A stretch of 64,000 nt of DNA from Vicugna vicugna (taxonomy: Eukaryota). The translations under genes and the position numbers were made by a program. This document shows, in pieces, positions 51,923 through 63,329 of this stretch; the first letter of the stretch is position 1; every line of letters begins with the position of its first letter. The notes beneath the pieces were generated by a model. It was not told the origin of the DNA and searched no databases. It was given only the letters and a program-made list of their open reading frames with translations. The DNA lies in NCBI GenBank assembly GCA_013265495.1, contig MU058065.1, forward strand, positions 2,457,003-2,521,002. Reading direction: 5' to 3'.

Positions 51923-51997
51923 CTACATTAGGGTTCTCCAGAGAAACAAAACCAATAGGGACAGTATGTGTGTGTGTGTTTGCGTGTGTGTATGCGT

Positions 51998-52029
<32 letters not shown>

Positions 52030-52370
52030 ATTAAGAAATTGGTTCAGGCAAATGTGGAGATTGACAAGCAAAAATCTGCAGGGTATGCTGGCAGCCTGGA
52101 GACCCAGGGAAGAGTTGATGTTGCAGCTGGAATTGTAAGACAGACTACTGGCAGAATTACCTCTTCCTTAGGGAAGTCAATTTTTTCCTTAAGGCCTTCA
52201 ACTGATTAAATGAGGCCAAATCACGTTATGGAGGGTAATCTGCTTTACTGAAAGTCCACTGATTTAAATGTTAATCTCACCTAAAAATATCTTCACAGCA
52301 ACATCTGGACTGGTGTTTGACCAGATATCTGGGCACTGTGGCTTAGCCAAGTTGACACCTAAAATACACA
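51923..52370 (-). mobile_element. ERVL solo LTR (MLT2-type) with imperfect (TG)n at 51968-52029
   Basis: ATTAGGGTTCTCCAGAGAAACAAAACCAATAGG...GGCAGCCTGGAGACCCAGGGAAGAG...GCCAAGTTGACAC. Confidence 0.9.
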
Positions 52371-52479
52371 TGTATAAGAATTGTAGAGAACGTGAATTGC
52401 CACATCAGAGCAGCTGCCTGTTGAGTGTTGCTGAACCTGGTCACAGCATGGGCTGTGCAAGGACAGAGGGCGGTGTCTT

Positions 52480-54221
52480 TTTTTTTTCCACAATTGCCTT
52501 TAATTCCACTTTCCATTTAGTATTTTTAACAGCTTTTCATGAGATGTAATTTATATATAAAAAACTGCATATGTTGAATGTATACAACTTGATGAGTTTG
52601 GGTATATGCATGCACCCAAGAAACCATCACCACAATCAAGGTAATAAACATATCCATAACCTTCAAAAGTTTTCTCATTCCAATCTCTTTTTTTTGGTAT
52701 GTGATAAGAACACAACATGAGATCTACCCTGCTAACACTTTTTAAAAAATGCACAGCACTCTATTGTTAACTGTAGGCTCTGTATTGTATGGCAGATCTC
52801 TAGAACTTATTCATCTTGTAAAACTGAACTTCATACCCATTGAAAACACCTCCCCATTTTCCCCCACGTCCAACCCCTGGCAGCCACCATTCCACTTTCT
52901 GCTTGTATGGGCTTGACTGTTTTAGATTCCTCATATAAATGGAATAATATAGTATTTGTCCTGTGACTGGCTTATTTTGCTTAGCCTAATGTTCTTTAGG
53001 TTATACATGATGTTGCAAATGGCAGAATTTCTTTCATTTTTAAGGCTGAATAATAGTTCACATTTATATACCACATTTTCTTTATTCATTCCTCTATTGA
53101 TAGAAACTTAGGTTGTTTCCATATCTTTGCTGTTGTGAATAATGCTGCAATGAATGTGAAGATGCATACATCTCTTTCAGATCCTGATTTAAATTCTTTT
53201 TGGATATATTTCCCTAAGTGGGATTGCTAGGTAATATGGTGGTTCTATTTTTAATTTTTTGAGGTGCTTCCACATTGTTTTCCATAGCAGCTGCACCATT
53301 CTATGTTCCAACTAACAGCATGCAAGTGTTCTAATTTCTCCACATCCTTGACAACACATTTTATTTTATTTTATTTTATTTTATTTTACTTTATTTTTGG
53401 TACAGTGGCCGCCCTAACAGGTATGAGGTGATATCATGGTTTTGAAGTACATTTCTCGGATAGTGACGTTGAGCACATTTTCATATATGTCTTCTTTGGA
53501 GAAACCTATGTATAGTTTAGGTTATTAGGTTTATTTTATTTTTTTTTTTTACTATTGAGTTCTGGGAGTTTCTCGTATATCTTAGACAGTAACCCCTTAT
53601 CAGATACATGGCTTGCAAATATGTCCCCCATTCTGTAGATTGCCTTTGTATTCTGCTGATTGCTTCCTTTGCTATGCAGATGATTTTAAGTTTGATGTAG
53701 TACACTGGTCTATTTATGCTTTTGTTGCTTGTGCTTTTGGGATTATATGCAACAATCATTGCCAAGACCAATGTCAAGAAATTATCTATGTTTTTTCCTA
53801 GGAATTTTATAGTTTCAGGTCTTACATTTAAATTAGTCCATTTTGAGTTCATTTTAGTGTGTAGTATAAGATGAGGGTCCAAAACATCTGAATATCCAGT
53901 TTTCCTAGTACCATTTGTTAAAAAGATGATCTATTCTCCATTGTGTATTCTTGGCACCATTGTTGAAGATTAGTTGACTGTATATATGAGGGTTTATTTC
54001 TGGACTTTCTCTTCTCTTCTATTCTATTCGCCTATATGTCTATCTTTATGTGAGCACCATACTGTTTTAATTATTCTACAGATTTGATGCAATCCCTGTC
54101 AAAATTCCAATGGTTTTTTTTTTTAACCATAGAAGTAGAAAAAACAATCCTAAAATTCATGTGGAACCACAAAAAAACCCAAGTAGCCAAACCAATTTTG
54201 AGGATGAACAAAGTTGGAGGA
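52480..54221 (-). mobile_element. L1 (L1MA/MB-like) with an inverted 5' segment (~54075-54220 on +)
   Basis: Reverse-strand L1 3'UTR/ORF2 runs to ~54074, then switches to forward-strand ORF2 (CTACAGATTTGATGCAATCCC...AACAAAGTTGGAGG). Candidate TSD GCGGTGTCTT 52470-52479 and GCAGTGTCTT 54222-54231. Confidence 0.9.
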
Positions 54222-54361
54222 GCAGTGTCTTGAGTGGATTGAAACCAAAGCTCCTGGAAAGAGGAACTCTGGAAAAGAAAGGCTACTTATTGACTTTGAA
54301 AAGTAACAGGAAGCTTATCTCAGGTATAGATCAGATGAGGCCCTACAAATTTTTCAAGTGT

Positions 54362-55000
54362 TCATTTCTTCATTCATTTAACTATTCATCAAATATTTAT
54401 GGAGCACTTATGCCCCAGGCCCTGTGCTAGGATCGGAGAATACAATTGAGTACTAAGAAGTCATGGTTGCGCTCCTCATGAAGCTTATAACACTGTGAGA
54501 GGCCAGAAAATCCATACAAAAAAACAAAATTACTGATTGTGGAAAAAGCTAAGGAACATCTTGCTATGGAGAAAAAGCTTGTTGAAGGTGAGGAAGTACT
54601 TTAGATGGTGTTTAGGGGAGGATCCTCTAAAGGCAGACATTTATGCTGCAAGCTCTTCAAAAAAAGCAGGTAACCATTCTCATCACGTAGACCACGAAGT
54701 GCAAAAACCTTGATGTAAGAAAAAGCCTGGAGGATTCTTCAAGCATCTTAAGGTTAGTGTATAAACCAGGGGAAGAGAAGGGATGGCAGCTGTTGCCCCA
54801 AATCACAGAGGAGCTTTGTGGCAATGGTAGGACGTTTGTAATTTGTTCCACTGAAAAACATTAAAAGGTTTTAAATGGTGGTGGGATGTTGATCACATGA
54901 CCTAGATGCGATTTAAAATCTGACTGTGATCTAGCGAGTGGGTCAGAGGAGGAAAGAGGATGAGTGAAAGGCTACTTAGAAGGTTATTACGAGTTGCTCA
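54362..55000 (-). mobile_element. L2 3' end
   Basis: TTCATTCATTTAACTATTCATCAAATATTTATGGAGCAC...CCAGGCCCTGTGCTAGG. Confidence 0.8.
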
Positions 55001-55414
55001 TAAATGTCTTGAAGAGCGATAGCAGCATTTAATGCTGTTTGAATCCCGTTTTTTTCCCTACTTATTTGGCCACAGAAATATAGTGTGTTTGTGTATGTGT
55101 ACACAACTGTGGAATTAGTTTTCTCAAGGGCTCACTTGGGAAAATGCTTAAGGTATTCTCCCAAATTATGCTTTTCTGCTTACGGTTTCAAAATGTATGC
55201 TCCTGTGAGGAGTATTCAAAAGGAATTTCATGGTGTAAAGTGAGAGCATAGCTGTTCTGAACGCTTTTTAAAATGCATTAAGATGAAAAAAATGTATTCT
55301 CTCTCTGATCATGATAATCTGCTTTGGTCACGACAAATGTGTTCTCATCACATTCCTTAATGTGATTGTTGATATGGAGGTAGACAATATTATCTGGTCA
55401 AGGGGAAACTACGG

Positions 55415-55620
55415 ATAATAATAATAATAAAAGCTGACACTAGGTACCAGGTGGTGTTGTGAGAGGCTCTTTTCCATTTATTACATCATTCAATACTCTC
55501 AGTAACCCCATGAGTTAAGTACTATGATTTTTCCTATTATATAAATAAGAAAATCAAAGCCAAGAGAAATTGTGTGGTTTGCCTAAAGTCACAAATCTGA
55601 TAAGTGGCAGAGTTTCTGGG
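55415..55620 (-). mobile_element. MIR SINE
   Basis: AACCCCATGAG...TTTGCCTAAAGTCACAAATCTGATAAGTGGCAGAG. Confidence 0.75.
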
Positions 55621-55921
55621 TGTGTGTTTCAATTACTGAAAATTCTCAGGAGTCAAATGGAAGAGAGGAAAAGTTGGAAGGAGTGTTGGGAAGGAGAGGA
55701 AGTCAGATGCACGGGGGAAGATCAGTTCTCCCTTCATATCCTCCGAAGTCTCTTCTGAGAGTTCATTTTTATCTTATTTTTGTCATTGGTGCAGAAAGAA
55801 GCTAAAGCATTGACAGTTTTATAGGCAAGTGAAAGTCTACGAGACTTTTGTTGAGACATTGTTGATGAACTAAGTAAGCCTGATGGGGCCATGTGGTCTT
55901 CTGCAACCTCTTTTATCATAT

Positions 55922-56428
55922 TGTATCGGTTAGTTTGTTTCCAGCTGCTAGAAACAGAAAACCTTGGGTCCAGATGGCAAAGCACTTAAAGGAAACTTAT
56001 TGTCTCATGGAAAAAAAATACAGGACTCCAGGGTTTGTTAACTGATGACCTTGATAATATCCTTGAGGATCCAGGTTCTTTTAATTTGTCTGTTCCATCA
56101 TCTTCAGAATGGCAGTTTGTCCTCAGGCTCACCCAGCTCAGGGTTGCAAGACAGCTGCCACAGTTCCAAGCATCAGATCCTGACATAATAACTTCCAATA
56201 AAAGGAAGAGGGAGTGTCCTGCCTTGATCACATGATGAACATATGCCCATCTTTAAAATAATTACTGGCAAAGGGAACAGGATGACATAAAAGGCTAAGA
56301 CTGATTCAGATTTACCCTTGGACTGGGAACTGGGCCATCTTCCTAGAGCTTATTATGTAAAAGAGACTTACACTTAGTAAGAAAGAGCTGGAAGATGAAT
56401 GTTGGAGAGGCATCCGACAGTGTCCACT
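55922..56428 (-). mobile_element. MaLR LTR (old MLT1K/L-like)
   Basis: TGTATCGGTTAG...CAGAAAACC...GAGGATCCAGGTTCTTT...ATCACATG...GATGAATGTTGGAGAGGCATCCGACAGTGTC. Confidence 0.7.
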
Positions 56429-57929
56429 TTAAGTGCCTTAACATTATATTGACATTTGTTGGGATTGTTTGAGTGAAATTATTGTGTCTTCAGAGAATAG
56501 TGGAATCTTTTTATTAAAAAAAGAGTTAAGATCTCCTTTTGCTATAGTTCTGCACTTTTTCTCTTTATTTTTCTTACAGCCTTTCTGGCTTCTAATGGAT
56601 TTGTGACGTAATCTAATTTTCTGTCTTTACTAGCATTTCTTTTCCCTTCATTTTTATTTATGTAAATTAATTTTTTGATGCCTTTACCTGATGGTTTGAA
56701 CATATTTTTAAAAATATTTTCCTGACCTTAAGTGAAGAATCATGGTCAAATTAATCAATTGTTTTTGATGAAACTCACTGTTTTTATTTTGGGAAAAATT
56801 TCAGGAAATCAAGATGTAGTCTTGCAATTTGTATTTTAAAATGACATAAGCGAACATATCCTAGCTACAGAAATGAAATTATATAATCGTCTTAAAATAT
56901 TTCCAACATTCAATTGAGGAAACTACAACCCTTGAAATTCCTGTAAAATTAAAGTGAGTGATGAGAGATCCACATACCAGACTGAGAACCCCTATTCTCT
57001 AGGAGTTCAGATGGAAGAGACAAGTCTGTCTTTACATTCATTGTCAGCTAAAGTCTGCCAGCTGTCTAGATTTTAATTTTTGGCTATGCTTTAAAAACTT
57101 TAACACATATGCCCTTTGTTGGGCACTGGGAATACTAAATAAATTTAACATTAATGATTTTTTTCTTTGCCTTGATCAAAGATAGAGCAGCAATTAAGAG
57201 CTGTTTCAAACCCTTGGAAACAAATGAGGAGTACTTTAGCAATTAGCATTACAAGATCTCTTGCCTTTGACACTTCCCACCCCCTGCAGCAAAGAGTTAA
57301 TGTCTAAACTGTTTAAAATTCAGTGCTGGTTAATAAGGCAGTTTTAAGGCTCTTTTTCATTTCATGACCACATCAGATTTTTATTACAATTTTCAGTTAT
57401 TCCAGACATTAAAAACAAAAACAAAACTAGATTTCTAATTTCACTGCAATTTCAAGGGAATGTTTTGGCATCTTACCCTGATATTTGCAATTATGCCATG
57501 GGCTACCTTTGAAAACTGTCACATTTCCAAACTAAAATACTAAAAGAAATCTTAAATCTCTCCTATTTCTTGAAAAAAAAAAAAAACAAATTCCCCTGGT
57601 CTCTTTTGTAACCCTTCTGTCAACCATGAGGAAAACAGAAACTCTCATTTCTTGTAATAAATGTTGTTTTCTTAGTACGATTGCCACCATAATTCACAGT
57701 CATTGAACTCATACTATGTGAGAAGTGATATGATATGCATGCACTGAGGATGCAAATATTTCTAAGGCAAGTCTTGGCTCTTAAGGAGCTCACAGCCAAC
57801 TGGGGCAGGTAACCACAGAAACAAATATTGACAATACAAGTCTACAAAGAGATGAATAGAAGAACCAAACCTTAGGTGTGTGTGTAGTTGGTCTCAGAGG
57901 GAAATGCCAAGGAAAGCTTTTATTGGAGG

Positions 57930-58185
57930 AACTTCTAAAGAGGACATGACTGCCAGTTGACCCAAAAGCTGGATCGTGGCAATCAGAGGCTCCTCACCCT
58001 GCCCCATGTCCTTGAAATGTATCCTCTGCCCACAGTTCCCACAGTAGGGACTGTTTCAAGGATGTAGCCTTGAGAGAGTGAGGTGTTGTTGAGACCATCT
58101 GGACTGAATATCTGGCTAAATCCTATTCAGGCCTCTATATAAATGCTTAAGATTCTGGAGAACAGGTGCAGAGATCTACTCGTGT
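57930..58185 (+). mobile_element. ERV1-type LTR fragment with a retained TATA box (TATATAAA 58136-58143)
   Basis: TTTCAAGGATGTAGCCTTGAGAGAG...GTTGAGACCATCTGGACTG...GGCCTCTATATAAA...GAGATCTACTCG resembles the U3/R region of laurasiatherian ERV1 LTRs. The family is uncertain. Confidence 0.6.
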
Positions 58186-58321
58186 GGGTTGATTACATGA
58201 TGGATTTGTATTTGATGATCAAATCAGCATATACAGTGTTTCTGAGATAGTGCTCAATTTTCTCATTTATATATAGCATATTTTATATACTTACACCTTT
58301 GCATTTTGGCTCAAACATTTT

Positions 58322-59213
58322 ATTTTATTTTTCTCAATCTAATTTTTTCCAGTTTTACTGAGATATAATTGACATACAGCACTGTATAGGCTTAAGATGT
58401 ACAGCATCATAATTTGTATATTGTGAAGTGATTACCACAATGTTTAGTGAATATCCATCATCTCATATAGGTACAAGAAAAAAACAGAAAAAAAGTTTTT
58501 TTCCTTGTAACGAGAAATCTTAGGATTTACTCTCTTAAAAACTTTCAGATATACCATACAACCATGTCAACTATTGTCATCACATTGTTCATTACACTCC
58601 TAGCAATTATTTATCTTATAACTAGAAATTTATGCCTTTTGAGTACCTTTATCTAACGTCCCCATCCCACCCCTGCTTCTGGTAAGCACAAATCCAATCT
58701 CTTTTTCTATGAGTTTTTTATTTGTTTTTTAGAGTCCACATATAACTGAGCTCATACAGTATCTGTTTTTCTCTGTCTGACTTGTTTTACTTAGCATAAT
58801 GTCATCAAGGTCCATCCATGTTGTTGCAAGTGGTAAATGGCAGAACTTTCTTCTTTTTTGTGGGATAATATTTCATTGTATGGATACCACAACTTCTTTA
58901 TCTTTTCATCCATCAGTGGACTTTTAGTTTAGTTCCAGGTGCTGGCTGTTGTAAATAATGCTTGCTGTAAACATAGGGGTGCTGATATCTCTTTAACGTA
59001 GTGTTTTCATTTCCTTTGGGTATGTTTCTGGAAGCGAAATTGCTGGGATTGTGTGATAGTTCTGTTTCTAGGTTTTTGAGGACCCTTCACACTATCTTCT
59101 ATTGTGGCTCTACTAATTTACAATCCCACCAAAGGTGCACAAGGAGTCCCTTTTCTCCACATTCTTGCCAGCATTTGTTTGTTATTTCTTTTTGTTATCT
59201 GTCTTTTTGATGA
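58322..59213 (-). mobile_element. 5'-truncated L1 3' end
   Basis: CCAGTTTTACTGAGATATAATTGACATACAGCACTG followed by an ORF2 tail. 17-bp TSD TTTGGCTCAAACATTTT 58305-58321 and TTTGATTCAAACATTTT 59214-59230 (15/17). Confidence 0.92.
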
Positions 59214-59849
59214 TTTGATTCAAACATTTTAAAGTGGAAATTTAAAGTATGCTCAAGTCAAGTTATTCAGGTTCATTACTAATTTTCTACTGCGATGACA
59301 TAGACATTAGCAGCAGAGTAGTGATCAGATTTGTTGAGATGATTCAGTTTGAAGTGATTAACAACTCTGCTGAAAGCTAGATCTTTGAAAATGACCCATA
59401 TTCCACATTGTGTGTGTGTGTGATGTCTTTTACTCTAAGGATTAGAGGATATGCTAATGAAAGACATGCTTTCATCGTTAATTGCCAAAAAAAAAATCAT
59501 CTACCTAGCGTAAAAAACGAGGCTATAATAAGCATTTTATTCCTTGGGGCCTTCATGCACATCCATTAGAGCAGCCTAAAAGAGGGATAAGTCCCATAAC
59601 TTCCAAAGAGAAAGCTGAAGTGTTATTGATTTTTCTCTTTGTTCAGACAACACAAAGGTTATGTTTGACTTGTAACTTTGGTAACTCTATCTGTTACCAC
59701 TAGAATAATAGTTTCTGGCTCAGAGGGTCAATAGTTGAGCTCTATAGTAGTCAATTCCAATGTCCTCTTTAAGGAAACACTGAACAGTTTGGTTTTGACT
59801 GATTGCAGACTTCTTTAACAATCCTTAAAACATAATCCATTATCTCATT

Positions 59850-60390
59850 TTCTTACCTGTTTTATCAGCCCTAGTTCAGATCTAGACTGTCTAGTAGCTA
59901 AACTATTGCAACGATCTGCTATTGTCTCCCCATTGCATTTATAGAATTATGTCCTTGGTTCAGCATTCAAGGCTGTCTTGATCTAACTTCAATCTAACTA
60001 TCTTGTCTCATTTTCCATCTGTCATTGTCTCCATTCTGCCTCACCCTCACTCCTTCCTCCATGTTCCAGTTGGATCCAGGAGTTCCCTATTTCCTGATCT
60101 TCTACTGTCCTGACCTTTGTTCATGACTTTCTCACCACTTTGAATACTCTTTATCCCCAATCCACATATTAAGTACTATCTACCTTTCAAGGCTCAGCCC
60201 AAATAGCACTTCTATGTTCCACTGTTGTTTCACACCTCTTTTGGCCTTTTCACCTTATAGCATGCCTGCCCATGTATATATCATTCTCCTCCCACTAGGC
60301 TGTAAGCTCCACACCTTGCATATCTTTGTTTCTGACCAGCTGGCCCAGAAATTAAGACACCAGAGTTGCTCAGATAAATGTTGTCGAATG
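59850..60390 (+). mobile_element. L2 fragment
   Basis: CAGCATTCAAGGC...CCTTTCAAGGCTCAGCCCAAAT...CTAGGCTGTAAGCTCC...GCTCAGATAAATGTTGTCGAATG. Confidence 0.7.
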
Positions 60391-60924
60391 TAATAAATTC
60401 CACCAACCTGCCTTAAAATATTTCCATTAAATTCATATTTTGAGGGACTATCGGAGACAATGGCACTAATTAGAATGAGTCACTATGTTCTTTTAGATTC
60501 CTTGGGAAGCGTATCACACTAATTTATTAGTATATCACTTTTGATTTGTCAGTCTGACTGAGCAATTCTACATCCCAAAGCACTCATTTGTAAAACAGCC
60601 CTTACTGGGATTATAAACAGCAGGTAGTCCTCAGTACCAAGTAGTTATCAACATCACCTGGGATATTTTAAAAATCTAACATCCCGAAGGTTCTGATTTT
60701 GTAGGTCTATGAACAGGACCAGGAAACACTGTTTGTAAAAGGCTCCCTGGTGATTCTGGTGCCAGCCTGGTTTGGGCACTAAAAGGAAAGAGGATTTGAT
60801 AGAAGAAATATTTCTAAGAAGTATGTGGGTAGGAGTAACATAAAAGAACTGAGTATTCTGGGTTTAAGGAATGAAAAGGAGGCAGGATGAAAATTAAAGA
60901 AAAGGTAAAGGAAAACGCACTTAC

Positions 60925-61850
60925 TCATTGAACAAGTTCTCTGAGTTGCCCAATGCACTGGGGGATGCTGGGGATATCATGGTGAACAGGGACTTTGCTC
61001 TCACTGATATTTCCTAGTGAGGAAGTTAATGATCCATGCCTTGAAAGAGAGGAGTACACAGTATTTTGCAGCAAATGGCAGGACCATCTAACTAAGTGTG
61101 TGTATGTTTGGGGTGGGGGTGAGGGAAGACATCCAGAGGAATTGGGACTAAAGTGAAGATGTGAAGTAAGAGTAGGCATAAGATAGGGGCTAAGGAGGGA
61201 GAAGGTGTCAGGCAAGTTGAGGAGGCCATAACAAACACAGTGTAACATGAACATTCATAAAGAAAATGGAACAAAAAAATTCATAAAGGCTGGAAGGTAC
61301 GGGAAGAGCAGGGAAGGGCTAAGGAGGAAGGTGGTGTGCAAATTGCTCAAAGTGATGTTACAAGATGAACATTCTAGTTTCAAAGTGGAGAATGGATTTC
61401 ACAAGGCTCTGCACAGTCATCCAAGTGAGAGATAATGGTTTGAACCAGGTTGGTGACAGTGATGATGGGAAAGGTGAAGAGGGGATCAGGGGGTGGACTG
61501 CAGAGGATGTGGAACTGATCAAAGAGTAGGAGGATTCAGGGATGCATCCCATGCCTCTGCCATGGATGAAGGTGCCATTCTTAAAGATAGCGTACAGGAA
61601 CAGGCACATGTCTGGCAACGAGAAGGAAGATGATCATTTAGATTTTTTAAAAAATCATTTTTATTTTATTTATGTATTTTATTTTTTAAACTAAAAATTT
61701 AAAGATCATTTTAGTTTTTGATTTCTTGAGTTTGAGTGGCCCATGAAACATCAAGACAAGTTATTGAATATCTGACTGAATAAATGGTCCTGAATTTTAG
61801 AAAGAATTTGGATCAGACAAGCAGTTTTGAATGTCATCAGCATAATTAGA
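60925..61850 (-). mobile_element. L2 3' region (continues at ~63330-64000 after the MIR and L1 insertions)
   Basis: TTACTCATTGAACAAGTTCTCTGAG start, purine-rich L2 body, TTGAGTTTGAG...GTCATCAGCATA. Confidence 0.75.
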
Positions 61851-61876
61851 TTAAAAAATAAAAATTAACATTTGAG

Positions 61877-62967
61877 ACAACCTACAGGCTGGGAGAAAAT
61901 ATTTGCAAATGATGTGACCAACAAGGGCTTAATTCCAAAATATATAAACAGCTCATACAACTCAACAGCAAAAAAAACAAACAACCCATTCCAAAAATGG
62001 GACAAAGACCTAAGTAGACATTTCTCAAAAAAAGGCACACAAATGATCAATAAGCACATGAAAATATGCTCTGCATCTCCAATTATTAGAGAAATGCAAA
62101 TCAAAACTGCGACGAGGTATTACCTCACACCAATCAGAATGGCCATCATCAAAAAGTCCACAAATAATAAATGCTGCAGAGGATATGGAGAAAAGGGAAC
62201 CCTCCTACACTGTTGGTAAGAATGTAAATTGGTGCAATCACTATGGAGAACAGTATGGAGTTTCCTTAAAAAACTAAAAATAGAGTTACCGTATGATACA
62301 GCAATCCTACTCCTGGGCATATATCTGGAGAAAAGTCTAATTGATAAAGATTCATGCACCCCTATGTTCAAAGCAGCATTATTTACAATAGCCAAGACAT
62401 GGAAGCAACCTAAGTGTCCACTGACTGATGAATGGATAAAGCAGATGTGTGTGTGTGTGTGTGTGTATATACACACACAGTGGAATACTACTCAGTCATA
62501 AAAAGAATGAAATAATGCCATTTGCAGCAGCACAGATGGACCTAGAAATGATCATGCTATGTGAAGGAAGTCAGACAGAGAAAGACAAATATCCTATGAT
62601 ATCACTTATATCTGGAATCTAAAATATGATACAGGTGAACTTATTCACAAAACAGAAAGAGACTCACAGATACAGAGAACAAACTTATGGTTACCAAAGG
62701 GGGAAACGAGGAGGGCAGGGAGGAAAGGATAAATTAAAGAGTTTGGGATCAGCAGATACAAACTACTATATGTAAAATAGATAAACAAGGACCTACTATA
62801 ACACAGAGAACTATATTCAATATCTTGTAATAAACTATATTGGAAAAGAATATGAAAAAGAATGTATATATACATATCTATATATGACTGAATCATTTTG
62901 CTGCACACCAGTAACTAACACTTAACTGTACTTCAATAAAAATAAAACATATTAAATAAAAAACAAA
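61877..62967 (+). mobile_element. 5'-truncated lineage-specific L1
   Basis: ORF2 C-terminus RQPTGWEKIFAN...IIREMQIKT...[13 protein letters not shown], then a 3'UTR and A-rich tail. 16-bp TSD AAAATTAACATTTGAG 61861-61876 and AAAAGTAACATTTGAG 62968-62983. Confidence 0.95.
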
Positions 62968-62983
62968 AAAAGTAACATTTGAG

Positions 62984-63325
62984 GGCTTACTACATACAAA
63001 TATTTTTAAGTGCTATATAGTCATTATCTCATTCCTCACAGCAGCTCTGCAAGATAAATATTATTATCCTTCTCATATAAATATGGAACTCACAGATACA
63101 GAGAACAAACTTATGGTTACCAAAGGGGAAAACGAGGAGGGCAGGGAGGAAAGGATAAGGATATCAGCTCTGCAAGATAAATATTATTATCCTTCTCATA
63201 TAAATATGGAAATTGAGGCTTACAGAACTTAAGTAACTTGCCCAAGTTACATAGCTAATGGTTGGTGGTAAAATCCAGAATGAGCCCCAGGTAGTCTATT
63301 CCACAGTGCACTCAGCTACATACCA
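62984..63325 (-). mobile_element. MIR SINE carrying a templated insertion/duplication
   Basis: GGAAATTGAGGCTTACAGAACTTAAGTAACTTGCCCAAGTTACATAGCTA MIR core. Confidence 0.85.
63042..63211 (+). repeat. 47-bp direct duplication (63042-63088 = 63165-63211) flanking a 70-bp copy of 62663-62732
   Basis: Direct base-by-base comparison of the segments. Confidence 0.95.
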
Positions 63326-63329
63326 CCCA

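Noticed and set aside
61872..62501. ORFs with L1 ORF2 motifs (also 33508-33777, 53517-53882, 13647-13919) as active elements
   Set aside because: All are 5'-truncated, frameshifted fragments with no ORF1, endonuclease or 5'UTR.
63042..63211. Repeat-spacer-repeat layout resembling a CRISPR unit
   Set aside because: This is mammalian DNA with only two repeats and no cas genes. The repeats are MIR sequence and the spacer is adjacent L1.
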